Assembly (NCBI RefSeq): GCF_964194155.1
Contig: NC_135900.1
Span: forward strand, 12,710,001 to 12,774,000
Direction of reading: 5' to 3'
DNA length: 64,000 bases
DNA from: Cetorhinus maximus
Taxonomy: Eukaryota
Below are positions 24,400 to 36,759 of the stretch, piece by piece. The first letter of the stretch is position 1; each line of letters starts with the position of its first letter. The notes under the pieces are model-generated. The model ran no database searches, was not told the DNA's origin, and saw only the letters and a list, made by a program, of their open reading frames with translations. Position numbers and translations under genes: made by a program.

Positions 24400-27159
24400 G
24401 CATCTTCGACCCATATATTAGCGATTTGAGTAAACTTGTGGAAACCACATCTATTGTAATTTTTAGTCATGGTCATGGAATCCTGGGTACTTTGCATGGT
24501 ATCTGGGAATAGTGTGGGATATCATTTTCACAACTGCATATGGTGACACCGCTTTCAGTAATTGCTGCAGTCAAGCTGGTGCTGATCATAGTGCTTTGCG
24601 TTCCTTTGGTCCCAGTGGGATGCCCAAGAGGAGGACCCTGATGTTTGGGCAGCCCAGGATCACCTTAAATTTTGCCCAGTTTTGTGCCCTGACCAGGCTT
24701 CAGTTTCACTGCAGAGTGTTAACACAACATGGAGACGGCGTTTACCAGTGATGAGCCCAACTCACTTGGTGTAGAGAACGGGTACTATGGGCTGTTTCCG
24801 ATTGGTGGGAGGGACCGCCCACCCGAGTCAGGTAGCCTTTGACTAGCAAGGTGCTGCTTCAGTGGGTGCTTAGAGTCTCTGCTCAACAGGTGGATGGAAT
24901 CCAGTACACCAGGCAAACAAAACAAATGGAAAGAAAGAAGATGCCAACTCTTTGACTGGCAAGCTGGAACTCCAGAGCCATGTGCATGGGATTGACAGAT
25001 TTGCAGCTGGTCGCGAGTACGCAAGATGGTCTTGATCAACGTGGAACTTGATAGGCTGAACGTTGATATAGCTTCCCTATAAGAGAGTGGGCTCGCTGAG
25101 AGCGGGTCACTGAAAGAAAAACATTAGATGTTCATCTCTAGCAGAGGAAGAGTTCAGAGGAAACACGTGAACAAGAGGCAGGCTTGACTGTAAGGAACTT
25201 GCTACTCTCAATTCTAGAATCCCCACCATCACAAATGGTTCAGAATGTATTCTCTCCATTCACCTCTCAACTCAAACATTGCCAGTTAACCTCATGAGTA
25301 TCTATGGTCCAACACTCTGCTGCACTACAGAGGTGAAAGACCAGTTCTACAAGGAGCTTGACAGTGTTTTCACCAGAATCCCTAAGTCAGAACGTCTTTT
25401 TACTTGGGGATTTAAATGCAGGAATGAGTGCAGACAGTGAGTCATGGCCCTCCTGCCTCAGATATCATGGTCTGGGGAAAGTGACTGAGAACAGACAGAG
25501 AATACTTGAGCTTTGTGGAACCAATGCTTTCTTTCAGAACAAACCTTGCCACAAGATTTGTCCTGGAGAGCTCCAGGGCATTGGCACCAGCTGGATCTGA
25601 CCGGCACCAGACGTGACTCTGAACAACATTGTCGATACATGTAGCTACCACAACTGGTAGCTGACTGTGGTACAGATCACTCTTTCTGGTGTGAACTAGG
25701 GCTGGGATGCAACCCTAGAATTTTTTTTCGTTCGAAGCAGAAGTACTGTCCTCATACCAACCTCAGCCACACTGCCTAGCCAGGTTAAAAACCAACAGCT
25801 CCTTGACGCCATTAAACAGGTGCTCGCTGGCATTCTCCCACACAGTGCAGAAGCAAAATGTAACATACTTTGCAGTATTGTAGGTGGTGTCTCAGCTTCC
25901 TCATGGGAAGCAAGAATAGAAAAAGCTTGAGGCAACAGCACCATGATGGAACCTGTCATTGAAGCTACGTGGTCCGCTCTCTCGTTACTTTACAAGAGAG
26001 ATAGAGCGAGGAGAGATTGAGCGAGAAGAGTCTGCACTAAGAGCCCTTGAAGTGAAATCCAACAGACTGCTAAGGGGTGCACCAATGACGACTGGTTACA
26101 ACATTGTCAGAGTTTCCAGATGTCCTATGACACAAGGAATGTCAGGGTCATATATGAAAGGGTCGATAAAGCAACAGCTTCATCAGCAAAGAAAATGGAC
26201 CCATTGAAAACAAAGGAAGGGGAGGTCATCACCAACTGCAATAAACAGTTGGAGAGACGGGTGGAGCTCTACCTTGAGTTTGTGCTCCAGGGAGAACACT
26301 ATCGCCAAGGAAGAACTAGACACCATAGCCTGCCTGTCATGACAAAGCTGGATATCGAAACTATGGGTGCTGATGCTATACAGCCTGAACTAATCCAGAA
26401 AACTGGCGCCCCAGCAGCATCTGCATGAGCTTCTTCTCCTGACTGGTGGAGGGAGGGGGGGCAGTGCCCCAGCATGGGCATGATACAAAGATTGTGACCC
26501 TGTAGAAGAACAAGGGGCAACTGCAGTGATTGCAACAACTATGACACATCTCCCTGCTGAGCATTGTGTGAAAGGTTTTTGCCCATGTTGCCCTTGTCAG
26601 ACTGCATCTGACCAGGCTGAACGCATCTACTTGGATTTCAGAGCTAGAAGATCGACAGTTGACATGAACATCTCGGTCCGGCAGCTGCAAGAGAAATGCC
26701 GTGAACAAAGGAGACCCCTATATGTTGCCTTCATCAATCTCACCCAGGCATTCAACCATATGAGCAGAGGTGGTGGAGAAAATTGGCTGCCCACTGAAGC
26801 TGCTCAGTGTGACCCCCTCTTTCCATGATAACATGATGGGGAAGATCAGCTATGTCAAGGCATTCGGAATACTTTTGAGATCCGCAGTGGGATCAAACAG
26901 GGTTGTGTTCTGGCACCGACACTTTTGGGCATGTTCTCCTCTTTGACTTGAAGGTATATGGCAGGAACATCGACAGAGAGTGTCTACTCGGGCACTGGAA
27001 CTGGCGGAAAGTTGTTCAGCCTTGCTCACCTGAGATCCAATTCAAAGGTGCACCAAGCCCTGATCAGAGAGTTGCTGTACACTGACCATGTTGCACTAGC
27101 ATTCCATACTGAGGGACACCTTCAGCAAAAGGACAAACAATAATGTTCCAATTCAGAAG

Positions 27160-27218
<59 letters not shown>

Positions 27219-27879
27219 CACACCAGCCATTATGTCCAAGCTGAGTGTGAGTGTAGAACAACAGCAATCTGACTGAGAACACCAAACTGCGTCTACCAAG
27301 CCTGAGTCCTCAGCGCACACCCCCTACAGTGGCGAGATCTGGACAACATATGATAGGCAAGAGAAATGGCTGAATTGTTTCCTCCTTCACTGTCTGTCGT
27401 ACCCTCAGCATCGCTTGGCAGGACAAGGTCACCACCTCAGTCCTGGAGCATGCTAATTCCATCAGCAAACTCTCATTGCTCGGCCAATGATGTCTGCGCT
27501 GGCTTGGCCACATTCATCGGATGAATGACAGCCGTATACCCAAATACTGAACCACCGCCTCCGGGCATCCATACCTCTGCCACAAGGACACCTGCAAGCG
27601 AGATATGAAGATGGCGGATATTGACACTGATAACTGGAAAATGGTCACTGATGGCCGTGACCTCCCTGGAGGCTGATGCTTTGGAAGAGATGAGAAGAAA
27701 TGAAAAGCGCAGTTGGCCAAGAAGAGGAAACAGGGGGCAGTGAATCATGCACCTCCTCAGCTCACTGTCTTGTTCTATAGTAAATGCAGCAGAGACTGTC
27801 ATGCTAGAGTGGGGCTCCTGAGCCACATCAGGTGATGATTTGCACTGTGGTGGTCCATTCTGATGAAGTTGAAGGCTGA

Positions 27880-27880
<1 letters not shown>
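24400..27880 (+). mobile_element. Near full-length degenerate RTE-clade LINE (APE endonuclease + RT)
   Basis: ASWN, LNVDIASL, IYGPT..EVKDQFYKEL, LLGDLNA, GTDHSL, FRARRSTVDM..SVRQLQEKCREQRRPLYVAFINLTQAF, GIKQGCVLAPTL, ELLYTDHVAL and WLGHIHRMND. Many stops and frameshifts. The 5' boundary is uncertain. Confidence 0.88.
27161..27223. repeat. (CA)n microsatellite, left arm of an inverted duplication
   Basis: Direct reading; single CC interruption at ~27194. Confidence 0.97.

Positions 27881-27933
<53 letters not shown>
27881..27933. repeat. (TG)n microsatellite, right arm of an inverted duplication
   Basis: Direct reading; single GG interruption at ~27904. Confidence 0.97.
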
Positions 27934-27937
<4 letters not shown>

Positions 27938-28149
27938 CTTCTGAATTGGAACATTATTTAATATAACTGCCTACTGATTCTTATTTCAACAAAAAAAACA
28001 TCGGGCATTATGGAGTGTGGAAAACTGGATTCGTCTGAGTAATTCAGTGTTTTAGATGCATAGTGCATTATGCAAGTTGCTAAGTGTTCTATTACCTCAT
28101 GCTATTGGCGTTGCTATAGAGCAACTTGTCCTCCATGAGCAACACCACA

Positions 28150-28690
28150 TAGAATCGTTCTTGAGACCAGAGTACACAGAATCAAGGCTAACACTCCAGT
28201 GCCCAGAGCTGCACTGTCAGAGGCCCTGTCTTTCAGGTGATGTGTTTAAACCGAGGGCCTGTCTGCCCCCTCGGGTGGGCATAAAAGATCCCACCCATAC
28301 TATTTCGAAGTCCTAGCCAATATTTATCCCTCAACCAACATCACAAACTGATAATGCTCTTTTTTAAAAAATATATTCTTTAACGAAGGTGGTGATGAGC
28401 TGTCTTCTCGATCCGCTGTAGTCCATGTGGGGTAGGTACACCCACAGTGCTGTTAGGGAGGGAGTTCCAGGATTTTGACCCAGTGACAGTGAAGGAACGG
28501 CGATATATTTCCCAAGTCAGGATGGTGGCTTGGAGGGGAACTTGCAGGTTCCCGTGCATCTGCATTTGTGGGAGTTTGTGCGCAAGTTGGCTGTTGTGAC
28601 TAAATCTCAAAAAGTACTTCAATAGCCGGAAAGTGCTTTGGGAAATCCTGTGATCATGAAAGGCCCTACACAAATGTAAAAATTTATTTT
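28150..28690 (+). mobile_element. Deu-domain SINE interrupted by an antisense LINE family A piece (~28372-28563)
   Basis: CTGCACTGTCAGAGG..TAAACCGAGG..AAAAGATCCCA..GCCAATATTTATCCCTCAACCAACATCAC, resuming at TTTGTGGGAG..GTGCGCAAGTTGGCTG. Confidence 0.75.
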
Positions 28691-28994
28691 CTTTCTATAC
28701 ATATTATTACAAATCATAAGCACTTGTCCATAAATTTTGATCATATTTATGTTACCAGGGTAAAATTCATTATTAATCGTGGCCCTCTGGAACAAGTTAC
28801 TGAAGTATCTTTCAACAACTCTTTCACCATCTTGCATTTTTAGAAAAAAAAATTGATAATCGTCAACTAAATATGAACAGCCTCACAGGTGATTTCTTAG
28901 GTGAAAGCATAGAAATCCTTACATAATTTTATTTGTTCTTGAGATGCAGACCATACCAGCAAGGCAGCATTTATTAAGGTATTGTTATTTATTC

Positions 28995-29250
28995 AAAGGT
29001 TGTCCATTTAAGACCAAGATGAGGAGAAATGTCTTCATTCGAATGGTTGTGAATCTTTGGAATTCTCTTCCCTGGATCACCGTTGACACTTACACATTGA
29101 GTTTATTCAAGGCTGAGATTAATAGAATTTTATTAAATTGAGGGATGTGCGGTTGATGGAGCAGTTCAGCTGTTATTTTAAGAATAGTAGAGTAGACTCT
29201 GAAGGGCTGAGTGGCCAACTGTTTATGTTCCTATTTCTTATTTTCTTATT
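28995..29250 (+). mobile_element. CR1 LINE 3' end
   Basis: KGCPFKTKMRRNVFIRMVVNLWNSLP remnant and 3' UTR. Confidence 0.75.
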
Positions 29251-29329
29251 TATTGCCCATCCTTGGTTTCCCTAATCACTTTGATATTAACCGTACAGTG
29301 GAATGACCTGCAGAGGTAGTAGGTTCCCT

Positions 29330-29497
29330 TATGAAGGACACTTGGGCGTTTACAACAATCCAACAGTTTTCCTGTCCCTCCTGCTAGCCCAAAAATTATC
29401 GGATTTATTAAATTAGTCTTGCAGCTTCCCATGGTGGGTTTACAACTCCACCCCCTGGGTTGCTAGTGCCACATACCACTGGGCAACATACCTCCCT
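29330..29497 (-). mobile_element. Degenerate tRNA-derived SINE head
   Basis: TTTACAACAATC and CCATGGTGGGTTT resemble the reverse of the SINE at 22421. Confidence 0.4.
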
Positions 29498-29587
29498 GTA
29501 TCGCTTTCTCCATTGTACTTATAAATGTGTTTACCCCTGATGAGCAACATCGTAGGAGAACAGCTTAGTAGATTTTAAAATTGACAA

Positions 29588-29912
29588 TATAAGACCATAA
29601 GACATAGGAACAGAAATTAGGCCATTCGGCCCATCAAGTCTGCTCCGCCATTCAATCATGACTGATAAGTTTCTCAACCCCATTCTCTCGCCTTCTCCCC
29701 GTAACCTTTGATCCCCCTTACCAATCAAGAACCTATCTATCTCGGTCTTAAATACACTCAATGACCTGGCCTCCACAGCCTTCTGTGGCAATGAATTCCA
29801 TAGATTCACCACTCTCTGGCTAAAGAAGTTTCTCCTCATCTCTGTTCTAAAAGGTCTTCCCTTTACTATAAGACTGTGCCCTCGGGTCCTAGTCTCTCCT
29901 ACTAATGGAAAC
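29588..29912 (-). mobile_element. CR1 LINE 3' end, relatively young
   Basis: Uninterrupted FPLVGETRTRGHSLIVKGRPFRTEMRRNFFSQRVVNLWNSLPQKAVEARSLSVFKTEIDRFL and a short tandem tail (ATAAGACCATAAGAC). Confidence 0.9.
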
Positions 29913-31759
29913 ATATATATATGGTAATAGCAACATTTTATTGCTGAATCAAAGAATAGATTCTGTCAATGTGTCGGCTGTAGCAATCTTTACCCCTTCA
30001 GTGTATTGATGGTCCTTCTACATTTAATCTATCAAGGTCAGAATTGGTTGCAGCCAGGCATTTGTAGCTCCAGACCCATCATTTATACAACTTGTGGTGT
30101 TATGTTGCATGTGATGCTTTTTTACATTGCTGGTCCCACCATTTCACTTCAATTCAAACTACAATAAAGTGAAATTTAGCTTTTGGGAATTAATCTTGCA
30201 CAGACGGAGGCCATTTGGCCTACCTTGCCTATGCTAGCTCTTTTGAAAGAGACATCCGATTTATAGTCCCATTCCCCTAATCTTTCCCCGTAACCCTGTA
30301 AATCTTTCCTTTTTGTTTCCCCAAGTATACGTCGAATTTCATTTTGGAAGTTACAATTGAATTTACTTCCAACACCCTTCAGGCAGCAGGTTTCATAAGA
30401 CCGGTGATATACGTGACGTGTTCAACAGTCGATGTGCAGTGGTGTTACTGTGTTTGCAGTCGTCTTGCCATTTTACTTTTTGTACTCCAATTTATGACGC
30501 TTGTATGTGATTTTGAAACTTGGCTTGGTCACTTTTTTTTATTCCACACGTGTTGAACTCTCTAGCTGATGGTCTAGTTATGTCTTCCCTCCCTGAATAA
30601 AGTATCTGAACTGATAATTTAGGCAGAAAGTTGGAGCCTTGGCAAAGCATTTACTGACACCTGAAAAATAACTCGAGTCTAATTTTTTTTATATGGCGGG
30701 GTGATGAGCAAGACAGTTATTATTAAACTTGAAACGCATAGTATTTTCTGGGTCACTAGCTGGAGGTTATAAGCTCCAGTGGGAAATGATTAACTGTTTT
30801 ACATTCCTGACCTCCCCCTAAGCAGATCCCTCCATCAATTTGATGCCTAGTATTTTAACTGTAAATGGGATCCTTTTATAGCTTTCTTTTTATGCATGTA
30901 ATGAAGTTTGTGTAAGACATGAGGGAATAACCTTTGTTCCACTTGCAATCCTCCCAACCATTCTCCCCTTTCCTGTAATACAATGGCTTCTTGCTGCTCC
31001 AGCACACCTCCATCGGTTTCAGGGGTCCTCCAATTCCCCTACCAAACAGTTGTTCTTGGGAGTTTAGAATTAAGGGTGCACCACAGACCACCCTCCCAGC
31101 CTTATGTTATCCATACATATTTGCTTGGATGCCACTAGATTAAGAGCAAATACCATGAACTGTTTTCCTTAATCGCAGGTCTCTGAGGTTAATTGTTGGT
31201 CTACGGGCTGATAACAGCAACTTTGCTAAACAGAAAATTTGGACACGCGCCACTGGCGATGCTGTAGGGCAGGGTTCAGCAGCTTATAAACTCTGAGGCC
31301 ACATGTGGCTCGCTGACCTTTTCTAGTTGGATTGCATTGACATGGAAAAAAAGCCTAAAAAAAAAATTAAGTCAAGAAAAGTAAGAGCCATTTTCTTGTG
31401 GGGTAAAAGGCACGTAAAAGTTTCAAATGATTGATTTTTTTTTTTGTTAAAATATTTGTCAATGCTGTAAATAAACATATTCCAATAGTATAGCTGCTTG
31501 ATGGTTATAGATAAATGCCTTTGGTTTGAGGAACAGGTTTTCATTATTGTTTCTAATAGGGTCGAGGTTATAAATTATTCAGCATGTGCCACTAGGAGGT
31601 TTTTTAATCACGAGGATCGATCGCCGAAAAATTGTCTTAATTCCATGCGCCTTAAGTAAAAGTTTGTTTTTAAAAATGACTTTGCACTGACAAAATTTTA
31701 AGCCCCACTGTTCACGACTTGCTCTTTCGCGAATTTGCTTATCCACGCAAAAGTCTGCA

Positions 31760-33150
31760 CGCCAGGGCACACATTGTGCACCCAAAGAGGAGGAAGTTGG
31801 GGCAGACAGGCAGCAGCACCTGGGAGGAGAGTGCGAGAGGAGGACCCCAAGCCAGGCAGTCAATAGCACTTGGCACCTAACATCACAGGAGAAACAGAAG
31901 TTCCTTGGTAAGAAACTGCTGTTAAGGGAGTGTCATCAAGTAGCTGAGAATTAGAAAAACACATCCTTTTTAAAAGAAGGGGCTACTTACATTTAAAGTA
32001 AGAAACACAAGCAACCAGGAAACTTTAAGTCGAGGCCAGGTAAAACAAAGTTGCATAAGTAAACCAAAGTAAAATAAAGTTAATGTAAGAGAAGTAAATG
32101 GAAGCCATGGCAGGATAGCTCAGTCGTGCGGAATGCGTGTCTTGTAATACGTGGGAAGTTGTGGACGCTACCATGTCCCTACATTGTGGTTGTCTAGGAC
32201 GTATCACTACATGCAGAACCTTGAGCTCCGGGTTTCAGAGCTCAGGCGGCAGCTGGAGTCACTGTGGCGCATCCGCGAGGTTGAGAGCTAAGTGGATAGC
32301 ATGTTCAGAGAGGTGGTCACACCGGAGCCAGAAAGGGACTGGGTGACCGCCAGGCAGTCCAAAAACATTAGGCAGGTAGCGCAGGAACCCCCCGGGATCC
32401 CGCTGACCAATCGGTTTTCCTTTTGGATATCGGTGAGGGTGTTGGCTCCTCTGAGGAGTGCAGTCAGAGGCAAGTTTGTGGCACCACAGGCAGCTCTGCT
32501 GTACCAGAGGGGAGAAAAGAGGGGAGGAGCAGTAGTAATAGGGGATTCCTTAGTTAGGGGAACAGACGGGTATTTCTGTGGCCGAAGACGTGACTCCAGG
32601 GTAGGATGTTGTCTCCCTGGTGCCAGGAACAAGGATGTCACGGAGCGGCTGCAGGACATTCTTCTGGGGGGAGAGTGATCAGCCAGAGGCTGTGGTCCAT
32701 GCTGGTACAAATGATTTAGGTAGAAAAGGGGATGAGGTCCTGAAAGCAGACTTTAGGGAGCTAGGAAGGAGTTTGAAAGCAGGACCTCTAGAGTAGTAAT
32801 CTCCGGATTACTCCCAGTCCCATGTACAAGCAAGTATAGAAATAGGAGAATGAATGAATAAACACATGGCTGGAAAGCTGGTGTAGGAGGGAGGGCATCA
32901 GATTTCTGAGGCATTGGGACCGGTTCTGGGGAAGATGAGAGCTGTACAAGCCAGACAGTCTGCACCTGAACAGGACTAGGATGAATATACTCGCAGGGAG
33001 ATTTGCTAGTGCTGTGGGTGGGGTTTAAACTAGATTGGCAGGGGGATGGGAACCTGAGGGCAAATTCAGAGCAGGGAATGGGAGACGGAGAATTAGTGAG
33101 TGACTTTGAAAGACAGAAGCAGCACAGGTTTAAAAAGTATATATGTAAAT
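31760..33150 (+). mobile_element. CR1 LINE 5' part: 5' UTR and ORF1 (Zn finger, coiled coil, SGNH/GDSL esterase), degenerate
   Basis: ATG at 32107, ECVSCNTWE, VVIGDSLVRGTD..CCLPGAR..DV, VVHAGTND, VVISGLLP and LHLN. The ORF2 start LKSIYVN ends at 33150. Confidence 0.88.
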
Positions 33151-35075
33151 TGTCACAAACTATCATATTTTTGTATTATTGTGGGATATAAAGTAGGCTT
33201 ATATGTGCGGTTCAGTGTGGGGCTAATTTAATTAACTTAGAGACGGGTGGACTGCAAGTTTGAAATTATCAAAGAGTTAAGTGTAAAGAGGGCATTTGAA
33301 ATGCTAATGAGTAGGCTAGGGTAGAGCCTCAACAGATAGGGTTTGAATGAAATTTGCATTTTTAGATAAGTGGAAGAGTTGTTTGATTTTCAAAGAGACA
33401 TAAGGTTTTTATGACTGGCAAAATAAATAGGGCAAGGTTGTTACATTGATTTTTTTTTTCCCCAAAAGCACTGACCATAATGACAACATAAAAGATTTTT
33501 ATATCATGGGAAAAGTAAATTCCAAAGACATTGGGGAATAATGGGATTTAAAGATCAAAGAGGAAGAAATACATTTAAAGAAGGTTGGAAGGCTTTATAT
33601 GGGGTGTGGCCATGTGAGATCTGAAAAGTACACCGTGTGAAAAAGACTTGGTGGGGTGGGGGGATGGGTGTGGTAGCAGAAAGCCTCTAGTCACTTTGTA
33701 GAAGTCTGTTCCAGTAACCAAAGTTGGGTTAAAAACCTTCAGAATTCCACAGTCGAGTGGGTACTTCTGGTAACCTTGCTGGATTGTCTCTGTATAAACT
33801 TAAAATCTATTTTGGACTCTTTTTTATTCATTCACACAATGTGGGCTTTGCTGGCTAGGCCAGCATTTATTGCCCATCCCTAATTGCCCTTGAGAAGGTG
33901 GTGGCGAGCTGCCCTCTTGAACCGCTGCAGTCCATGTGGTGTAGGTACACCCACGGTGCTGTTAGGAAGGGAGCTCCAGGATTTTGATCCAGTGACAGTG
34001 AAAGAACAGCGATATATTTCAAGTCAGGATGGTGAGTTACTTGGAGGGAACATCTAGGCGATGGTGTTCCCATCTATCTGCTGCCCTCGTCCTTCTAGAT
34101 GGTAGTGGTTATAGGTTTGGAAGGTGCTGTCGAAGGAGCCTTGGTGAATTCCTGCAGTGCATCTTGTAGATGGTACACACTGCTGCTACTGTGCGTCAGT
34201 GGTGGAGGGAGTGAATGTTTGTGGATGTGGTACTTTGTCCTGGACAGTGTCAAGCTTCTTGAGTGTTATGGGAGCTGCACTCATCCAGGCAAGTGGGGAG
34301 TATTTCATCACACTCCTGACTTGTGCTTTTTAGATGGTGGACAGGCTTTGGGAGTCAGGAGATGAGTTACTCATCGCACGATTCCTAGCCTCTGACCTGC
34401 TCTTGTAGCCACAGTATTTATATGGCTGGTCCAGTTCAGTTTCTGGTCAATGATAACCCCTAGAATGTTGATAGTGGGGGATTCAGTGGTTGTAATACCA
34501 TTGAACATCAAGGAGCGATGGTTGGATTCTAGCTTGCTGGAGATGGTCATTGCCTGCCACTTGTGTGACATGAATGTTACTTGCCACTTGTCAACCCAAG
34601 CCTGGGAATTGTCCAGGTCTTGTTGCATTTGGACATGGACTGCTTCAGTATCTGAGGAGTCGCGAATGGTGCTGAACATTGTGCAATCATCAGTAAACAT
34701 CCCCACTTCTGACCTTATGATGGAAAAAAGGTCATTGAAGTAGCTGAAGATGGTTGGGCCTAGGACACAACCCTGAGGAACTCCTGCACTGATGCCTTAA
34801 AGGGGTGTGTAGTTAGGAGTCTGGTTAATTACAAAATTTGGGAACTGTTATAATAAGCAACTGTGGAATTGTAATCTTGAGTATGGGTTTTATTCTTTTT
34901 TGTTAATGAATATTTCTCATTTAAGTTTTGAAATCTCTAAAGGTGTTTAGTAGATTCATAACTTCTGAATTCAAACATTCTCATACTGCAAATTGCAAAA
35001 CTGTTGTGATAGCGTGGCTAAGTTTCCCTCGTGGATTTGGTCAGCCTGGCAAATACCACCTACCGTATCATAACA
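33151..35075 (+). mobile_element. Solo LTR (TG...CA) with 4-bp TSD AAAT, containing a nested LINE
   Basis: Starts TGTCACA and ends ATAACA. AAAT occurs at 33147-33150 and 35076-35079. Removing it restores CR1 ORF2 KSIYVN|ARSIINK. Confidence 0.85.
33820..34795 (-). mobile_element. LINE family A, RT C-terminal half to 3' tail, nested in the LTR
   Basis: Minus strand reads GVPQGCVLGPTIF, MFTDDCTMFSTI..QQDLDN..W..KWQVTF and ILGVIIDQKLNWTSHI. Confidence 0.9.
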
Positions 35076-36755
35076 AAATGCAAGGAGCATAATAAATAAA
35101 GCCGAAGAGCTGAGGGCACAGACACGTGGCAGCATGATGATATCACCATCATGAAAACTTGGCTTAAGGAGGGGCAAAAATGGCAGCTCAACCTCCTTCG
35201 ATATCGAGTTTTCAGGTCGGATAGGGAGGGGGGGTAAAAACGTTGAGAGTCTAGCATTAGTGGTTAAAAAATCAATTACAGCTGTGAGGAGGGATGATAT
35301 ACGAAATGAAGCATCGAGTGAGGCCATAAGGGTTGACCTCAGAAATAAAAAAGGGGCAGCCACACTGCTAGGAGTATACCGCAGACCCCCAAATAGTGGA
35401 AGGGAGTTACAAGAGCAAACATGTGAACCGATTTCTGAGTGCAAAAACAATAGGGCAGTAATCGTTAGGGACTTCAACTACCCTAATATCAATCTGGATA
35501 CGAACAGAATGAAGGGCACAGAGGGTGTAAAATTCTTGAACTGCATTCAAGAGAACTTTTTAAGCCAGCATGTAACAAGCCCAATGAGTGGGGGTGCAAT
35601 TCTAGGTTTAGTCTTAGGAAATGAAGCTGGGTAAGTGGACAAAGTAGCAATGAGGGACCATTTTGGAGATAGTAACCATAATATAATTAGGTTTAGCATC
35701 ATTATGGAAAAGGACAAAGACAGAACAAGAGTAAATGTTCTAAATTGGGGGAAGTCAAAATTTTACAAAGCTGAGAGGTGAGCTGGTGAGGAGCGGACTG
35801 GATACAGCTATTAGAAGGAAAAACTGTCAAATCAGTAGGAGGCATTCAAAGGTGAGATTCTATGAGCACAGTGTAGACATGTACCCACAAAAAAAGGGCA
35901 GCACAGCCAAATCTTGAGCCCCCTGGTTATCCAGAAGCATACAAGCCAAGATAAAGCAGAATAAGAAAGCTCATGACAATGACAGTCACAAAGCACTCAA
36001 TACTGTAGAAAGCCTGGAGAAGTATATAAAGTGAAAATGGAAATTAGGAAAGCAAAGAGGATATGAAAAAATATTGACAGGTAAAAACAAACAAAACCCA
36101 GAGATGTTTTCCCAGTACATAAAGAGCAAGAGAATAACTAAGGAAAGGTTATGGTCTATCAGAGATGTTCATAGTAACTTGTGGATTGATGCAGAAGATG
36201 TGGGCAGGGTTCTCAATGAGTATTTTGCCTCTGTCTGCATCATCCCTCTCCTTAGTGAAGATATTCTTATTAAAGAGGAAGAGTGTGAAATATTAGATAC
36301 AATATCAATATAAGCATAGTAAGAGGGGAAGTACTGGAGGGACTGATATCCTTGAAGGTGGATAAATCACCAGGGGCAGATGGATTGTATCCAAGGCTGT
36401 TGAAGGAAGCAGGGAGGAAATAGCGGATACTCTGAGGATCATTTTCCAATCCTCACTAGATACAGGCGAGGTCCTAGAGGATTGAGGATTGGAAATCTGC
36501 GAATGTTGCACCATCATTTTAAAAAGGCCGCGAGGCATAGGCTTGAAAATTGTAGGCCAGTCAGTCTGACTTTGGTGGTGGTCAAATTATTGGAAACAAT
36601 TCCGAGACACCGAATAAACATAGGCACTGATTGATCAGGGATAGTCGGCATGGTTTTGGGGGAAGATCATGTCTTCCTAACTTAATAGAATCTTTTGAGG
36701 AAGTAACAAGGAGGATTGAGGGCAGTGCAGTGGATGTTATCTACACGGATTTTAA
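35076..36755 (+). mobile_element. CR1 LINE ORF2 (endonuclease to early RT), continuation of 31760-33150
   Basis: NARSIINKAEEL, LGVYRRPPNS, IVRDFNYPNIN, FLNCIQENFLSQHVTSP, LNEYFASV, KSPGADGLYP, CRPVSLT and AVDVIYTDF. Confidence 0.9.
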
Positions 36756-36759
36756 AAAT

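Noticed and set aside
31270-31710. hAT/Charlie-like MITE (CAGGGTT...CCCCACTG)
   Set aside because: The termini match only weakly and there is no 8-bp TSD; insufficient support.
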